Position numbers and translations under genes: made by a program. A DNA stretch of 63,885 bases from Gracilinanus agilis. Taxonomy: Eukaryota. Positions within the stretch are counted from its first letter, which is position 1, and the number at the start of each line of letters is the position of its first letter. Under the pieces are notes generated by a model. It saw only the letters and a list, made by a program, of their open reading frames with translations. It was not told the DNA's origin and made no database searches. Positions 1 to 11,340 of this stretch are shown piece by piece. The stretch covers positions 20,184,921 through 20,248,805 of the forward strand of contig NC_058136.1 of NCBI RefSeq assembly GCF_016433145.1, given 5' to 3'.

Positions 1-160
1 AATCGATATTAAGTGTTGATTCCAAGGCAGAAGATTGGTAAAGACTAAGCAATTGGGGTTAAGTGAATTGACCAGGATCACACGGTGTCTGAGGCCAGTG
101 AACCCAAGTCTTCCTGACTCCAGGCCTGGCTCTCTATTCACCAAGTCATCTAGCTGCTCC
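1..160 (-). mobile_element. SINE1_Mdo-type marsupial SINE (3' tail cut by window edge)
   Basis: Contains gattccaaggcagaag...ggggttaagtga...gaacccaag...ctagctgctcc, the reverse complement of the opossum SINE1 head, core and tail. Confidence 0.75.
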
Positions 161-293
161 TATTCTTTTTGTTTTTATCTTGTTTTTATGGATATCCTTT
201 ATTGTTATATCACCTTCATTTCCAAATATTATCTTTCTCCACTTCCCTACTCAGTGAGCCATCATTGTAACAAAGATTCAAAGAGGTAGAACA

Positions 294-420
294 GGGAGTA
301 GAGCCAAGATGATGGCTTATTAGCAGTGAAAGCTAGAACCGCTTCAAGAATCCTCTCAAAGAGATACGACCAAAGAAGTTCAACAAAACCAGTTGGTGCC
401 TCAACTGTCACCCACTGTAT
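294..420 (+). mobile_element. Possible L1 5'-end fragment
   Basis: ggagtagagccaagatg resembles the L1 5' terminus (GGGGC.GAGCCAAGATGGC); the similarity is short. Confidence 0.3.
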
Positions 421-712
421 GCAATATTCCTCACCCAGAATTCCTCACCTGCCTCTGCAAAGATGGGGAGAGAGCTGCTTTTTCAGCTCTACCCAGGGCC
501 CTATCACAGCCTTCAATTTGGGTTTTATTGTTCTTCCCTTTTGTATTGCTATAGATATAGCCTTTCTACACCTTTCACCAAGGCATGTGATATATGCATT
601 GAGGCCTACCTATATCATAATGCAGAGAAGACCTTTACATTGCTGGGATAAACTGAATGTTAATCACACTGTTGTCCTATATGGTGATTCTTTGATGACG
701 CACCCTGTAGCC

Positions 713-918
713 CAGGGGTCGGCAATGTATGGCTCTCGAGCCCTATCTGGCTCTTTTGAGGGCCAGATATGGCTCTTTCTGCAGGAGCCATAAAGTCCAT
801 TTTTTTTCAGGCGCTGTTACAGGAGCGGCACTGGGAGCACTGTACGGCTCTCATGAAATTACATTTTTTAAAATTTGGCGTTTATGGCTCTCACGGCCAA
901 AAAGGTTGCCGACCCCTG
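713..918. mobile_element. hAT-superfamily MITE, family A (206 bp)
   Basis: TIRs caggggtcggcaa / ttgccgacccctg; left target ctgtagcc (705-712); right copy degenerate (ctgcagcc, overlapping the element end). Confidence 0.85.
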
Positions 919-971
919 CAGCCAGTCTCACTTTCCTTGGTCCCTGTTCTCCCACTAAAACCAAGAAAAAT

Positions 972-1001
972 GGGGACGGCTGGGTGGCTCAGTGGATTGA
1001 G
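972..1001 (+). mobile_element. Isolated SINE1 5' head (30 bp)
   Basis: ggggacggctgggtggctcagtggattgag matches the SINE1 head; the rest of the element is absent. Confidence 0.6.
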
Positions 1002-1009
1002 AACCAAAA

Positions 1010-1330
1010 GGCAATCTCTTTGCTCTGACATCAAGGTCCTCCATAATCTAGCCGTATTCCATTCACAGTACTCTCCTTTAAGTTCTCTATTTATTAGGCA
1101 AACTACGAAGCTTCTAGTTTCAGATCTCATTCTGCCTTTGTACACTGTTCCCCCACTACTAGGAGTGCTGTCTCCTCTCCTATTCTCTGTCCACATCTGA
1201 CTATTTGCACCAGTTCCCCCCTTCCCTTTGGAGGTCCAATTTGGTGTCACCTTCATGATGCTGTCCTTAATCTCCTGGATCAATCTTATCCTTCCCTTCT
1301 TGAACCTCTCAGGCCATATTGCTTACCTTC
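1010..1330 (+). mobile_element. L2 LINE 3' region relic
   Basis: Pyrimidine-rich L2-like phrases (tcaaggtcctccataatcta, tgtcaccttc). Confidence 0.5.
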
Positions 1331-1427
1331 TCATCTGTGCTTAATTGAGTTTTTAAAAAACCCTAATTGAGACACTAATACATTGCTGGTGGAGTTGTGA
1401 ATTGATTGACAATTCTGGGAGGCAATT

Positions 1428-1581
1428 TATCTTAGAATCAATGTATTGGTTCCAAGGCAGAAGAGCAGTAAGGGCTAGAATGGGGGTTCAGTAATTTGCC
1501 CAGGGTCACACAGCTAGGACATATCTGAGGTTAGATTTGAACCCAGGACCTCTCATCTCTAGGCTTGGCTCTCCAACCACT
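1428..1581 (-). mobile_element. SINE1_Mdo-type SINE
   Basis: ttggttccaaggcagaagag...gcccagggtcacacagctagg...gatttgaacccaggacct. Confidence 0.8.
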
Positions 1582-1959
1582 TGTACAGATATTGCAGATG
1601 GGTAGTGAGTTGTGTCCAGAATTGAATGGGAAGGAAAGCATGGGGGAGATGGCGTTTAGGAAATTATTTGGCATTTTTAATAATTTTCAACTACTTCCTG
1701 TTTCAAAGTCTTAATTTTTTCCCCCTACAAGTGTCAGCCCAAGAATGCCTTGTGCTTACAAATCTTGGAATATCATAGTCTCCAGAGAATTCAAGTTTCA
1801 GGTAACTTAAAGAGGTAGAGATACATGATGGGTATAGGTTGACTATGGGACGCTGATGTGTCCAATGATGGCTCCATTCTCACAAAGCAATGTAAGGGAT
1901 ATATATGTATATCATTTTATTTTTAATGAATATATATGTATGTCTAATTTGATTTATAA

Positions 1960-1964
<5 letters not shown>

Positions 1965-1998
<34 letters not shown>
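1965..1998. repeat. (AC)n microsatellite
   Basis: About 17 perfect AC units. Confidence 0.98.
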
Positions 1999-2000
<2 letters not shown>

Positions 2001-2169
2001 GCACACAGGGTGCTAGAGAGCAGGTATTAGTATGTTTGGCGTATGAATTCCCCAATATGGAAGAGGAGGGAACCTGTTTCCAGAAAGATGTGTTGGCCCA
2101 GAGTGAAAGTGCTTTAGAGAGATTTGGAGCATGCACAGACATTCTGTAACTGGTTCTGGTCCGCTAGAC

Positions 2170-2244
2170 CAGGGGCCAGCAAACAAGGGCCCGTGAGCTA
2201 AGTGTGACCTGCTACCTATTTGGATACAGCTCCTGATACTCCTA
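2170..2244. mobile_element. Degenerate hAT MITE remnant (MER58-like left end)
   Basis: caggggccagcaaac...ggcccg left end; flanks cgctagac / tactagac could be an old TSD; right TIR poor. Confidence 0.35.
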
Positions 2245-3029
2245 TACTAGACACATGATAAGGAGGAACCTTCTCCATTGCCTACATAGCTGGACCTGAG
2301 ATGTACCCAAGAGATTCTATCCAGCCAGAGTCATTGTCTTTGGTCTGATGTGGCAAGAGAAGAGAGACCACGTCGTATCAGGAGAGGCCTTGTGGTCTGT
2401 GAATGCCAGCCTTCATTCTTGGTCTTAGTGTTTATTCACGGATGCTGCAGATGATGGAAAGTAGAGAAGGCCCTGATGCTGTGAGCTCTGAAAAGTTGGA
2501 AGAGTAAACCCTGGGAAGTCCAGGAGTAGTCTCTGAGGATCAGGCTGGGATCTTTGGCACGCAGGACTCATCCCGTGACTGTGCCACATTTGGATGTGAA
2601 CGTGGTGGGTCCAGTGCTTTGTAGAAAGTGCCTTAAAGCTGAGCCCAGTGTCCCCAGGGACCCCGGTGGTATAGAGGAGAGTGTGTTCCCCAGATGTTGG
2701 GATGGGGATGTTTGTCTTCCAGTCTTGCTGTATCTTTGAGGTTCAATATCCTTTTGAAAAAACGAAATCATTGCTAATTGGCTAACCGGAGGTAGGGAGT
2801 TACTCACAGCTCAGGTTGGGGGCTTGAGCCAGTAGTGTTAGAGAAGAGACAATCTCTACCCCAGCAGAGCTCCCCTAGAGGGGGGATATGTGGTTAACCT
2901 GGCTCTAAGAAAATCAGGCCAGTCACATGAAACAAGTGACCTCAGATGTCAAAGACATCAAAATTCTTAAGTAAAACCTTCCAGTAAATTCACAGGATTT
3001 GGGGCTAAAAGGGATCTATAACTTCTTCA

Positions 3030-3209
3030 TTTTTAAAAAAAACTCTCACCTTCCACCTTAGAATCAATACCGTTTACTGGCTCCAAGGCAGAAGAACGGT
3101 AAGGGCTAGGCAATGGGGGTCAAGTGACTTGCCCAGGGTCTCACAGCTAGATTGTGTCTGAAGTCACCTTGTCCACAGGTCTGGCTCTGTGAGCCACCTA
3201 GCTGCCCCC
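3030..3209 (-). mobile_element. SINE1_Mdo-type SINE
   Basis: A-tail, ctcaccttcc...ggctccaaggcagaag...gagccacctagctgcccc; internal deletion. Confidence 0.85.
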
Positions 3210-3861
3210 TACTCCCAAGTTTGTAAGGCCACAGCCACCCCTCCGGCGAGTGGCTGCTTTCATCTTGGCCTGGCTGGTCTTAGAACAGCAGACTACATTC
3301 TGCGCTCTGGCTCGTTCTCAAAGCTCTTCTAGCTTGGTAACACCTGCCAGAGCCTTCGTGTTGCTGGCAGAGTCTTAGAGCCCCTGGGGTCACTTCCATA
3401 CCAAGAGGAGGCCCCAGAGGGGGACTTTGCCGAATCGCAGAATTTAGAATTGGAAGGGACTTCAGTAGTCTTCTTGGGAACTGGGGTAATGGAGCCGTGC
3501 CCTGCCAAGCTCCCGGGGCTGTTATGAGGATCAAATGAGGGGAGAGATGGAAAGAGCTTTGGAACCATGCAGCACGGCCTGAATGTAAGGGATTATTAGT
3601 CGAGGAAACCTGGCACGAATTTGACGGGAAGGACAAGCCAACTGGAGCACATGGCTGGGGCCAATCTCCCTCTCTCCAGGTGCTTAGCTGGAAGCTTGTT
3701 ACTTTAAATGATACACTTTACTTATTCACCCAGCCCTGAAGATTCTGCAGGCTGAGGGGCCGACAAGGAGGGTTGCGGGCCTGGGAATGCTTAGGTCTGG
3801 CGGCACTTGTGCCAGGTTGAGAGGCTGGACTAACACTAGGGAACCTCTGGGAGGGGAGAAA

Positions 3862-4100
3862 GGCATTTATTAAACTCCTACTATGTGCCAGGCACTGGGC
3901 TAAGGTCTTTACAAATATTATCTCATTTGATCCTTGCAACAATCCTAGGAGGAAGGTGTGATGATGATTCCCATTTTAGAGCCGAGATAACAGAGGCAGA
4001 AAGGAGTAAAATGACTTATCTAGGGTCACACAGCTAGCACTTGAAGTCAGGTCCTCCTGACTCCAGGTCTCATACTGTATCCACTGAGCTACCTGGCCGC
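3862..4100 (-). mobile_element. MIR/CORE-SINE
   Basis: tatgtgccaggcactg...attatctcatttgatcct...cccatttta...gggtcacacagctag. Confidence 0.8.
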
Positions 4101-4629
4101 CTGAGGAGAGGTTGGCAGATGAGATTTTGGCCTCCTCTGCCTTGTCCCATGCATCACTGAGCAGGAAACATTTGGATGCTGGGCACAGTTCAAGCCCTAG
4201 CAGGAGATTTGGTCTGACTCGGGCCTGTGTCTGGACTATAATGCTGGGTAATGCAGAATAACAGCATCTTCCCCTTCCTCCCCAGGTCCATGCTGGGGGG
4301 GGGTGTCACTGGTCGCATGCGTTCTCAGAAGGTTCTGAAGCACCAGATGATGACCTGAAACGTGGCCTCCCTTCAGTGTCTTACCACTCCATGCCACACA
4401 TCCCAGGCTTCAGACAGAGCTAGACAACTCGGGCCCCCAGACTTGCCTTGCATTTTCCTACCTATGTGTCTTTGCTTACCCTGTTATATATGCCAGGAAT
4501 GCCCTCCTTCCCTTTACCCATTCAATCCTTCTCTATCAAATGGTACCCCTCAGTAAAGGGTTTGTCCTACCCTCAGTCCTCCAGGAGTTCCCTCTTCCCC
4601 CCTCAGGCAGCTTTATAGTTCTCTAGCAG

Positions 4630-4830
4630 CATCATGGGACGTGGAAAGAGGGCTGGTATTGTAGCCAGAGGACTTGGATTCAGATCCTCCCTTTGACATT
4701 TCCTGCCTACCTGACATTAGGCAAGTCATGGTCTCCCTGAGCCTCAGTTTCCCCCTCTGTAAAATGAGGGGAGAGGACTAGATGCCCTCTGAGGTCCCTT
4801 CTAGTTCTCCATCTAGGATTCTAGGTCTGA
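4630..4830 (+). mobile_element. MIR/CORE-SINE
   Basis: ggcaagtca...gagcctcagtttccccctctgtaaaatgagg...ctagatg...ctgaggtccctt. Confidence 0.8.
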
Positions 4831-5220
4831 CTTTGGACAAATTACTTCTCCTTTCTGGGTTTCAGTTTCTTTCTCCATTAGATTATGACTTGATGACCAA
4901 TTCCACTTGGTAGATAATTTTGTCTATATTAGTTGCTGTTATTTGACTTAGGATCAGAGATTTAAGACCAGAAGGGACCTCATTTTACTGATGAGGAAAC
5001 TGAGGCCCAGAGATAAAGGGACTTGTCTGAGATCACATGGATTGTAAACCGGGATTGGAACCCCAACTCTAGTTTTCCTTCCACCATGAGGTTGGTGAGG
5101 GCAATGACTATGTTGTCTTTCAGTGTCATATCTTCCTCTATGTCTAACACCCAGGAGGCACTCAATGCTGGTTTGCTGAGTGAATGAATAAGAGAGCCAT
5201 AAGAAGCGAGGTGAGGAGTG

Positions 5221-5405
5221 GGGCAGCTAGGTGGCTCAGTGCGTGTAGACAGGAGGCTTTGGATTCCAATGTGACCTCAAACACTTTCTAGTTGTGTGGT
5301 CCTGGGCAAGTCATTTCACCCCCATCGCCTAGCCTTTCCTGCCCTTCTGCTTTAGAACCAACAGAGAGTATTGATTCTAAGATGAAAGGCAAGGATTAAA
5401 AAAAG
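5221..5405 (+). mobile_element. SINE1_Mdo-type SINE
   Basis: gggcagctaggtggctcagtg...ctgggcaagtca...gtattgattctaagatg...A-tail. Confidence 0.85.
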
Positions 5406-6460
5406 AAGCAAGGTGGAGAAAAGAAGGCGATTCCTGAATCCCAAGGGGCTTTGGAAGTCAGCTGGTCTAACTCCCCTAGAGAAGGGGCCAGGACTAGACT
5501 CACACTCAGGACTTCAGACTTGCCAGTTATTGCTCTTGCTGCTGCAGTCCATGTCAAATAGCATCTGAAGGGCCGGAGAGAGAGAGCTGTTCACTCCCTG
5601 GGTGCACCCACAGCAGCCAGAGCAGGCCAGTGGGTCCTGGGAAGCCTGGGCTCCAGCTCTTGTGTGCGGGCTGGAGTCCCTGGCCAGGCCTGCAAACAGT
5701 TGGGCTGGCTCCTGGATCTGAGGAGCTGGGAATTACTTTCTGGCTGACCTGGGGGGAGAGGGGGATCTGGTAATCCCCTTTTTGTTTGTTAAGCTTAAAA
5801 ACTGAATGAAGCTCAGGCAGCCTCCACTGAATGCTGCTCAAAGGGGCGGGAGGGCACGGTTTGCAGTGTTTTTTGCAGCATCCCAGGGCCAAATAAATGG
5901 GACACTGGCTTCCCCGAGATGGGGGCAGATATAGATGTGCTGAGACCAATGTGGATGGGCTCAGATTGGCCTGTGGGAGAGAGAGCACCTCAAAGTTGAG
6001 ATCACAGCCCCCTGTGCAACTGTTCTCCCATGCACCACCGCCTTGAGCAGGCACAGTAGGGAACCCTCTCCTTTTGTGGACCTCCAAGCTCTGCAGGGGC
6101 TGCTTGGGATAATTCAGGGCCTGAGAGTTATTGAATTGACCAGATGTTCTAGCATCTGGAGGGAGGGGGGCCAGAGAGCCCAAATGCCCCTTTCTCTTGA
6201 CCCCAGGGGAGGAGTCAGAAGGAATAGGGCCCCCTTTGGTTCTTCCCTCCTCCACCAGCTTCCTGTTTAGAACCTGGGACCTAGGGTATCTATGTTCAAT
6301 CTGAGCCAATCAAGGGAGGGGGGTGGGAAGCTTCCCTAGTAGCAGAGAAGAGGAGAGGAGAGAAGATCAGCAAGGGTGTGGCTCCATTTGAAGTGAAGAA
6401 AAAGAAAATTAAGAAAAAATTCATTCCCCCCAGACCCTCAGCTTCTGTGAATGCCTAGGG

Positions 6461-6790
6461 CAGTGATGGCAAACCTATGGCACCAGGTGCCAAATATGAT
6501 ACACAGAGCACTCTCTGTGGGCACACAGCACCCCTCACAGAGTTCATTACTAGAAAGGCAGAGGGACTCAGAGAGAGCTGCTCCCCTCCACCTCTCTACA
6601 CTTGCTGAGGACATTCCTCACTTCACCCACCCCTCTGCCCAGCAGCCCAATGGGAGTACTTTCTCCTTCCCCTGTGTGGGGCAAGGGGGGCACACCCAGC
6701 ATTCAGTGGGGGAGTGGGCACGACACTTGATCTGGGGGTTGTGTGGGGTTGGGGCCTGGTGCTCCATCTCTAAAAGGTTCACCATCACTG
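6461..6790 (+). mobile_element. hAT MITE family B, short variant (330 bp)
   Basis: TIRs cagtgatggcaaacct / aggttcaccatcactg; perfect 8-bp TSD gcctaggg (6453-6460, 6791-6798). Confidence 0.95.
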
Positions 6791-6939
6791 GCCTAGGGTA
6801 TTCTGTTGTTACTTTACCTATTTGTGTGTAAACATTGGCATCTCCTAAAAGACAGACAAAGACTAAGTCTTATGCTTTTGTTGTGCACAGGGCACAGGCC
6901 TAGGCCCATGGGAGGGAAGTGGAGATTGACTCAGCCAAG

Positions 6940-7860
6940 TAGAGAAAGGAGCTGATTTGAAGTTGGAAAGATCTGAGCTCAGAATCATGCCTCAGACACA
7001 TACTAGAAGTGTACGCCTGGACAAATGACTTCATCTCCCTCAACCTCAGTTTCTTTACCTGCACAGTGAGGGAAGGTAATCCTTCCTCCAGAGAATCAAA
7101 TGAGAAAATATCAGTTAATTGCTTTGCAAACCTTAAATGGCCCTATATGGGGTGTCTCCAAAATATTAGTAATAACTTAAAATGGAACTAAGGCTTTTGG
7201 AACCCCCTGTAGAGAAATGTTAGCTATTAGAATTAATTATTTATTGAATGAAGTAAGGAAAAAGTCTAAACTAAGAGAGAACAGCCTCAGCTATTGGACT
7301 CGGAGCTGGACTTGGAGTCAAGACACCTATGTCTGTGGCCTCGGGCTGGCACTTTTTAGCTGCATGATCTTGAGCAAGTCACCTAAAGTCTTTCAGCTTC
7401 AGTTTGTTAAATGGAATCAAACCTTGACTTCCTCATCTATAAAATAGGGCTTAGGCTATTTGTGCTCTAAGGTTTCATTAAACAAAGCAAAGTATGAGCT
7501 ATAGATTACCAGGGAGATGGGAGTCATCCGCATGAGTATTTCATTACAAAAATAGCCATAGGATTGCCGATTTATAGCTGGAAGGGATCTCAGAGGCCAT
7601 CCAGTTCGATTTTTTCATTTTAGTGATGGTCAAACTGAGGCCAGAAGAGGAAGGGACCTGCCTAAGGTTATAGCAACTGGAAGAGATTCTTTGACAGATG
7701 GGCAAACTGAGACTTAGAAAAGACTTGGCCAGGGTCACACACAGCATCCTTGATTTAGAAAGGGCTATCTAGTGTAACTGTCTCATTTCAATGAGAAACT
7801 GAGTTAGGTCACATAGGTAATAAGTAAGCATCAGAGGTGGGCTTTGAACCTTAGGTGGTC
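6940..7860. mobile_element. Cluster of MIR/CORE-SINE fragments in both orientations
   Basis: Repeated core phrases ctcagtttc..., gaaactgagg, ggaagggacct, gggtcacac. Confidence 0.7.
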
Positions 7861-8154
7861 TCTCTTGGTCTCCCTATTGAAAGGGGGAAGGGCAGGGATA
7901 CTTAAAATAACCACTTCAGCAAAATCAACCACAAACCAGCCCTAGTAGAAATAAGGCTGCTTTTCAATGAAAGAGTAAAACTGTATCATAAACAATATGG
8001 TCAGACTTTGGCTATGGGGCCTCTTGGGAACCGAACCATTGTGGAGAGGAGAATTTTGTGGACTGCAGAGTATTTACACAGGAGCCTTTTAGGTTTTAAC
8101 ATTAAAAAAGTGCAAATCTTTTGAGTACTCAAGGGCCAAGAACAAGGAATTCTT

Positions 8155-8174
8155 TTTTTAAAATGCATCCATCC

Positions 8175-8239
<65 letters not shown>

Positions 8240-8606
8240 AGATCTTTTCCCATGGTTATGTGATTCATGTTCTTTCACTCTCCTCCCTACCCCCCACCAT
8301 AGCCAATGAGTAATTCCCCTGGGTTTTACATGTGTCATTGATCAAGACCTATTTTCATATTATTGATATTTGCACTAGGGTGATCTTTTAGATTAGAGTC
8401 TACATCCCCAATCATATCCCCATCGAACCATGTGATCAAGCAGTTGTTTTTCTTCTGTGTTTCTGCTCCCACAGTTCTTTCTCTGGATGTGAATAGCATT
8501 CTTTCTCATAAGTCTCTCAGAGTTGTCCTGGGTCACTGCACTGCCACTAGTAGAGAAGTCCAGTACGTTTGATTGTGCCACAGTATATCCATCTCTGTGT
8601 ACAATG
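8155..8606 (-). mobile_element. 5'-truncated marsupial L1 (3' UTR) with TSD
   Basis: Reverse complement of the L1 3' UTR; 17-bp TSD aagaacaa(g/a)gaattctt at 8138-8154 and 8607-8623. Confidence 0.9.
8167..8238. repeat. (ATCT)n microsatellite in the L1 tail
   Basis: Tandem ATCT array directly visible. Confidence 0.97.
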
Positions 8607-9299
8607 AAGAACAAAGAATTCTTATACGTGGGCCAGTTTAGTTGGGGGTAGGGGTAGGCTTAGAAACAAAATGTCAGCCAGTCCCATATTCCAGCATGGT
8701 GGGTTACAATATGAATCCAAAATAACGTGCTATTTAATTCTCCAAACAAACATTGGAAGGATGATTATAGGTAGTAGTGGAACCACAAACGACATTTCCA
8801 TCAAATGGGAAACCTGGGTACCATCTTCTCAAACACCCTTATCTTAGGTGGGTGGGCTGTCTTTTGGATGTCAATGCTAACTGAATTTACCTTAGCAGCA
8901 AGAATAATGAAAATGAAGTGGCCTGGGAGAGGGGCTATATGCCAATGGGATCTTGGATATGGCAGCCTTGGGCCACCAGGGCTTGTTTTCTTTTTTTAGA
9001 AGGTAAATTAAATTCATTGATTGTATCAATAAATAGAAATAGCTTTATTGATCAAGGATAGAAAGCATGTTACCTACAAGAAAAAATATGTTTAACATAT
9101 ACATGCATATCATTAAATTCCATTAGACATGGTCAGTTTTTCTCTCAGGTAGAGATGGACAGGTGGACTCTGGTACAAATACTCTGACTCTTCTTCCCCT
9201 TACTGGCAAGCAGGCCCAAACCCCATCCAGAAGCGCCTAGAGGGCCTGGTGAGAATTAATGCCCACAGGTACCTAATTTTCCTTCTAAAATATCTTCCT

Positions 9300-9865
9300 C
9301 TGGATGCCCTTCGATTGGGGAATGGCTGAACAAATTGTGGTATCTGTTGGTGATGGAATACTATTGTACTCAAAGGAATAATGAACTGGAGGAATTCCAT
9401 GTGAACTGGAAAGACCTCCAGGAATGGATGCAGAGTGAAAGGAGCAGAACCAGGAGAGCATTGTACATAGAGACAGATACACTGTGGCACAATCAAATGT
9501 AATGGACTTCTCTATTAGCAGCAATGCAATGACCCAGGACAATTCTGAGGGACTTGTGAGAAAGAATGCTATCCACATCCAGAGAAAGAACTGTGGGAGC
9601 AGAAACACAGAAGAAAAACAACTGCTTGATCACATGGTTCGATGGGGATATGATTGGAGATGTAGACTCTAAGTGATCACCCCAATGCAAATAGTAATAA
9701 TATGGAAATAGGTCTTGATCAATGCAACATATAAAACCCAGTGGAATTGCACGTTGGCTATGGGAGGGGGTTGGGAGGAGGGGAGGGAAAGAAGATAAAT
9801 CATGTAACCATGAACAAATATTTTAAATCAGTTAATTAAATAAAAAATTTCAAATAAAAAAATAC
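9300..9865 (+). mobile_element. 5'-truncated marsupial L1 (ORF2 end + 3' UTR) with TSD
   Basis: tggatgcccttcgattggggaatggctgaacaaattgtgg... through an A-rich tail; TSD aatatcttcct at 9289-9299 and 9866-9876. Confidence 0.92.
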
Positions 9866-10904
9866 AATATCTTCCTTCACCTTTCAGTTACTGGCTCATC
9901 TCCTTTTCCCCTCTAGGCAAAACTCTGGAGGCCCATCCCTTCCCAGAGACAACACTGTATGACCTCTATTCTTTGACACTCCCAGAACCACTTTCCCATT
10001 CCTAATGGTGATGATGGGCAGACTTTTTGAAGTAAACAATCAGAAATGGACTGAGGACATATGGGCTTTACCATATGCCCTCTAGCTGAAACCTTAAAAC
10101 CTCTGGGCCTTTCCATTCTCTCTGCAGCTGACCTCTTCTTTAGCAACTTTAGATATCTTTAGCAACTAAAGCTGAAGTTCCTTGAGAGGTGGGACTATCT
10201 TGGCCCAAAGTTGGGCATAGAATTGCATAGAATGCAAGTTGGTGGAGGACCATGAGGCATGGGGATGGTCGACCAGAGAATTGCTGTGAGAAGGAAGCAT
10301 TCCCCACTCTTCCTTTATTTTGCAACCCTGAAGCAAAGTCCCAGTCACTTTACCCTAGTTTTGGCTCCATTCCGGGATTACTTCCTGGTTTGGGGGGGCT
10401 ACTTTCAGGTGACTGGTTATGGGTTCAAAAGGGTTGGATGCCAGATAACCAAGGACTTATTATAAAAAGATCATAATACTGTTGTTTTCATCTTTTGTTG
10501 GTGCCATTTGACTGTGGTCTCAGGCCATGGATTCCTAATGCTGGGATATCTAACACTAGATCTTGAAGTGCTCCTGGATAGATCTCCAAGCCACTGCTAT
10601 TACCCATGTATCACCACCTATCAGGTGGCATTAATAGTTAGACTCCTGATCCTATTCAACAAGATAGATCAGAAGAAGCTGGAAGGTTCCATGCTCAGTC
10701 TAGACGTCTAGGCTTGCTCTATTGTGGTGAGATCACTGAGTAAATGTTGAGCTTTTTTTTGGCTCTCAAAAGTCTAGGTTTTATCCTCAGCTCTGCCTCT
10801 CTGTGGAACCACATCAATTTCTTGAAAAAATGTTATATGGGCCTGTGGATTTCCCCAATACAAATTTTGCTATCAAACCACACCCACTGGCGAATTTCTC
10901 TGCC

Positions 10905-11340
10905 TTTTGTTTAAAACACATTTTATTGAGATATTGTGTTATTACATCACCTATCTTTCTCAGTGCATCCATCTACTCTCCCCATCCCAGAGTTATCTCT
11001 TAAAACAAAAAAAGGGGAAAAACCATTTCTACTGAACTAACCAAGATATCGAAAAAGTCTGATATTATATGTAGGGTTCCACACCTATAGCCTCTCCTCC
11101 CTGCAAAGAAGTGAAGTGAAGTGATTTCTCATTTTTTCTTAGTTCTCATTTGATAGCATCCGGTTTCAATTACTTTGTTGTTGCTATTATTCTGTCCATT
11201 TACATCCTTGTAGAAGTATGTATTATTTTCTTGGTTCTGCTTACTTAATTTTGCATCAGTTCATATAAATCTCCCCTCACTTCTCTGTTAGTCATATTCA
11301 TCAGTGCTTAGCTATTCCTTTTATCATTGGACATTTATTT
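10905..11340 (-). mobile_element. Older L1 3' end relic
   Basis: ttttattga...ttggttctgcttactt...tgcatcagttcatataaat, typical of the marsupial L1 3' region. Confidence 0.65.

Noticed and set aside
2431-2807. Minus-strand terminal exon (acceptor ~2751, AATAAA at 2431-2436, donor at 2802-2807)
   Set aside because: The implied intron is only ~57 nt, the acceptor is AAG-type, and the peptide is unrecognised
8393-9672. Near-identical 62-73 aa ORFs on opposite strands (MAQSNV...CRL)
   Set aside because: Both are translations of the same L1 3' UTR in two copies
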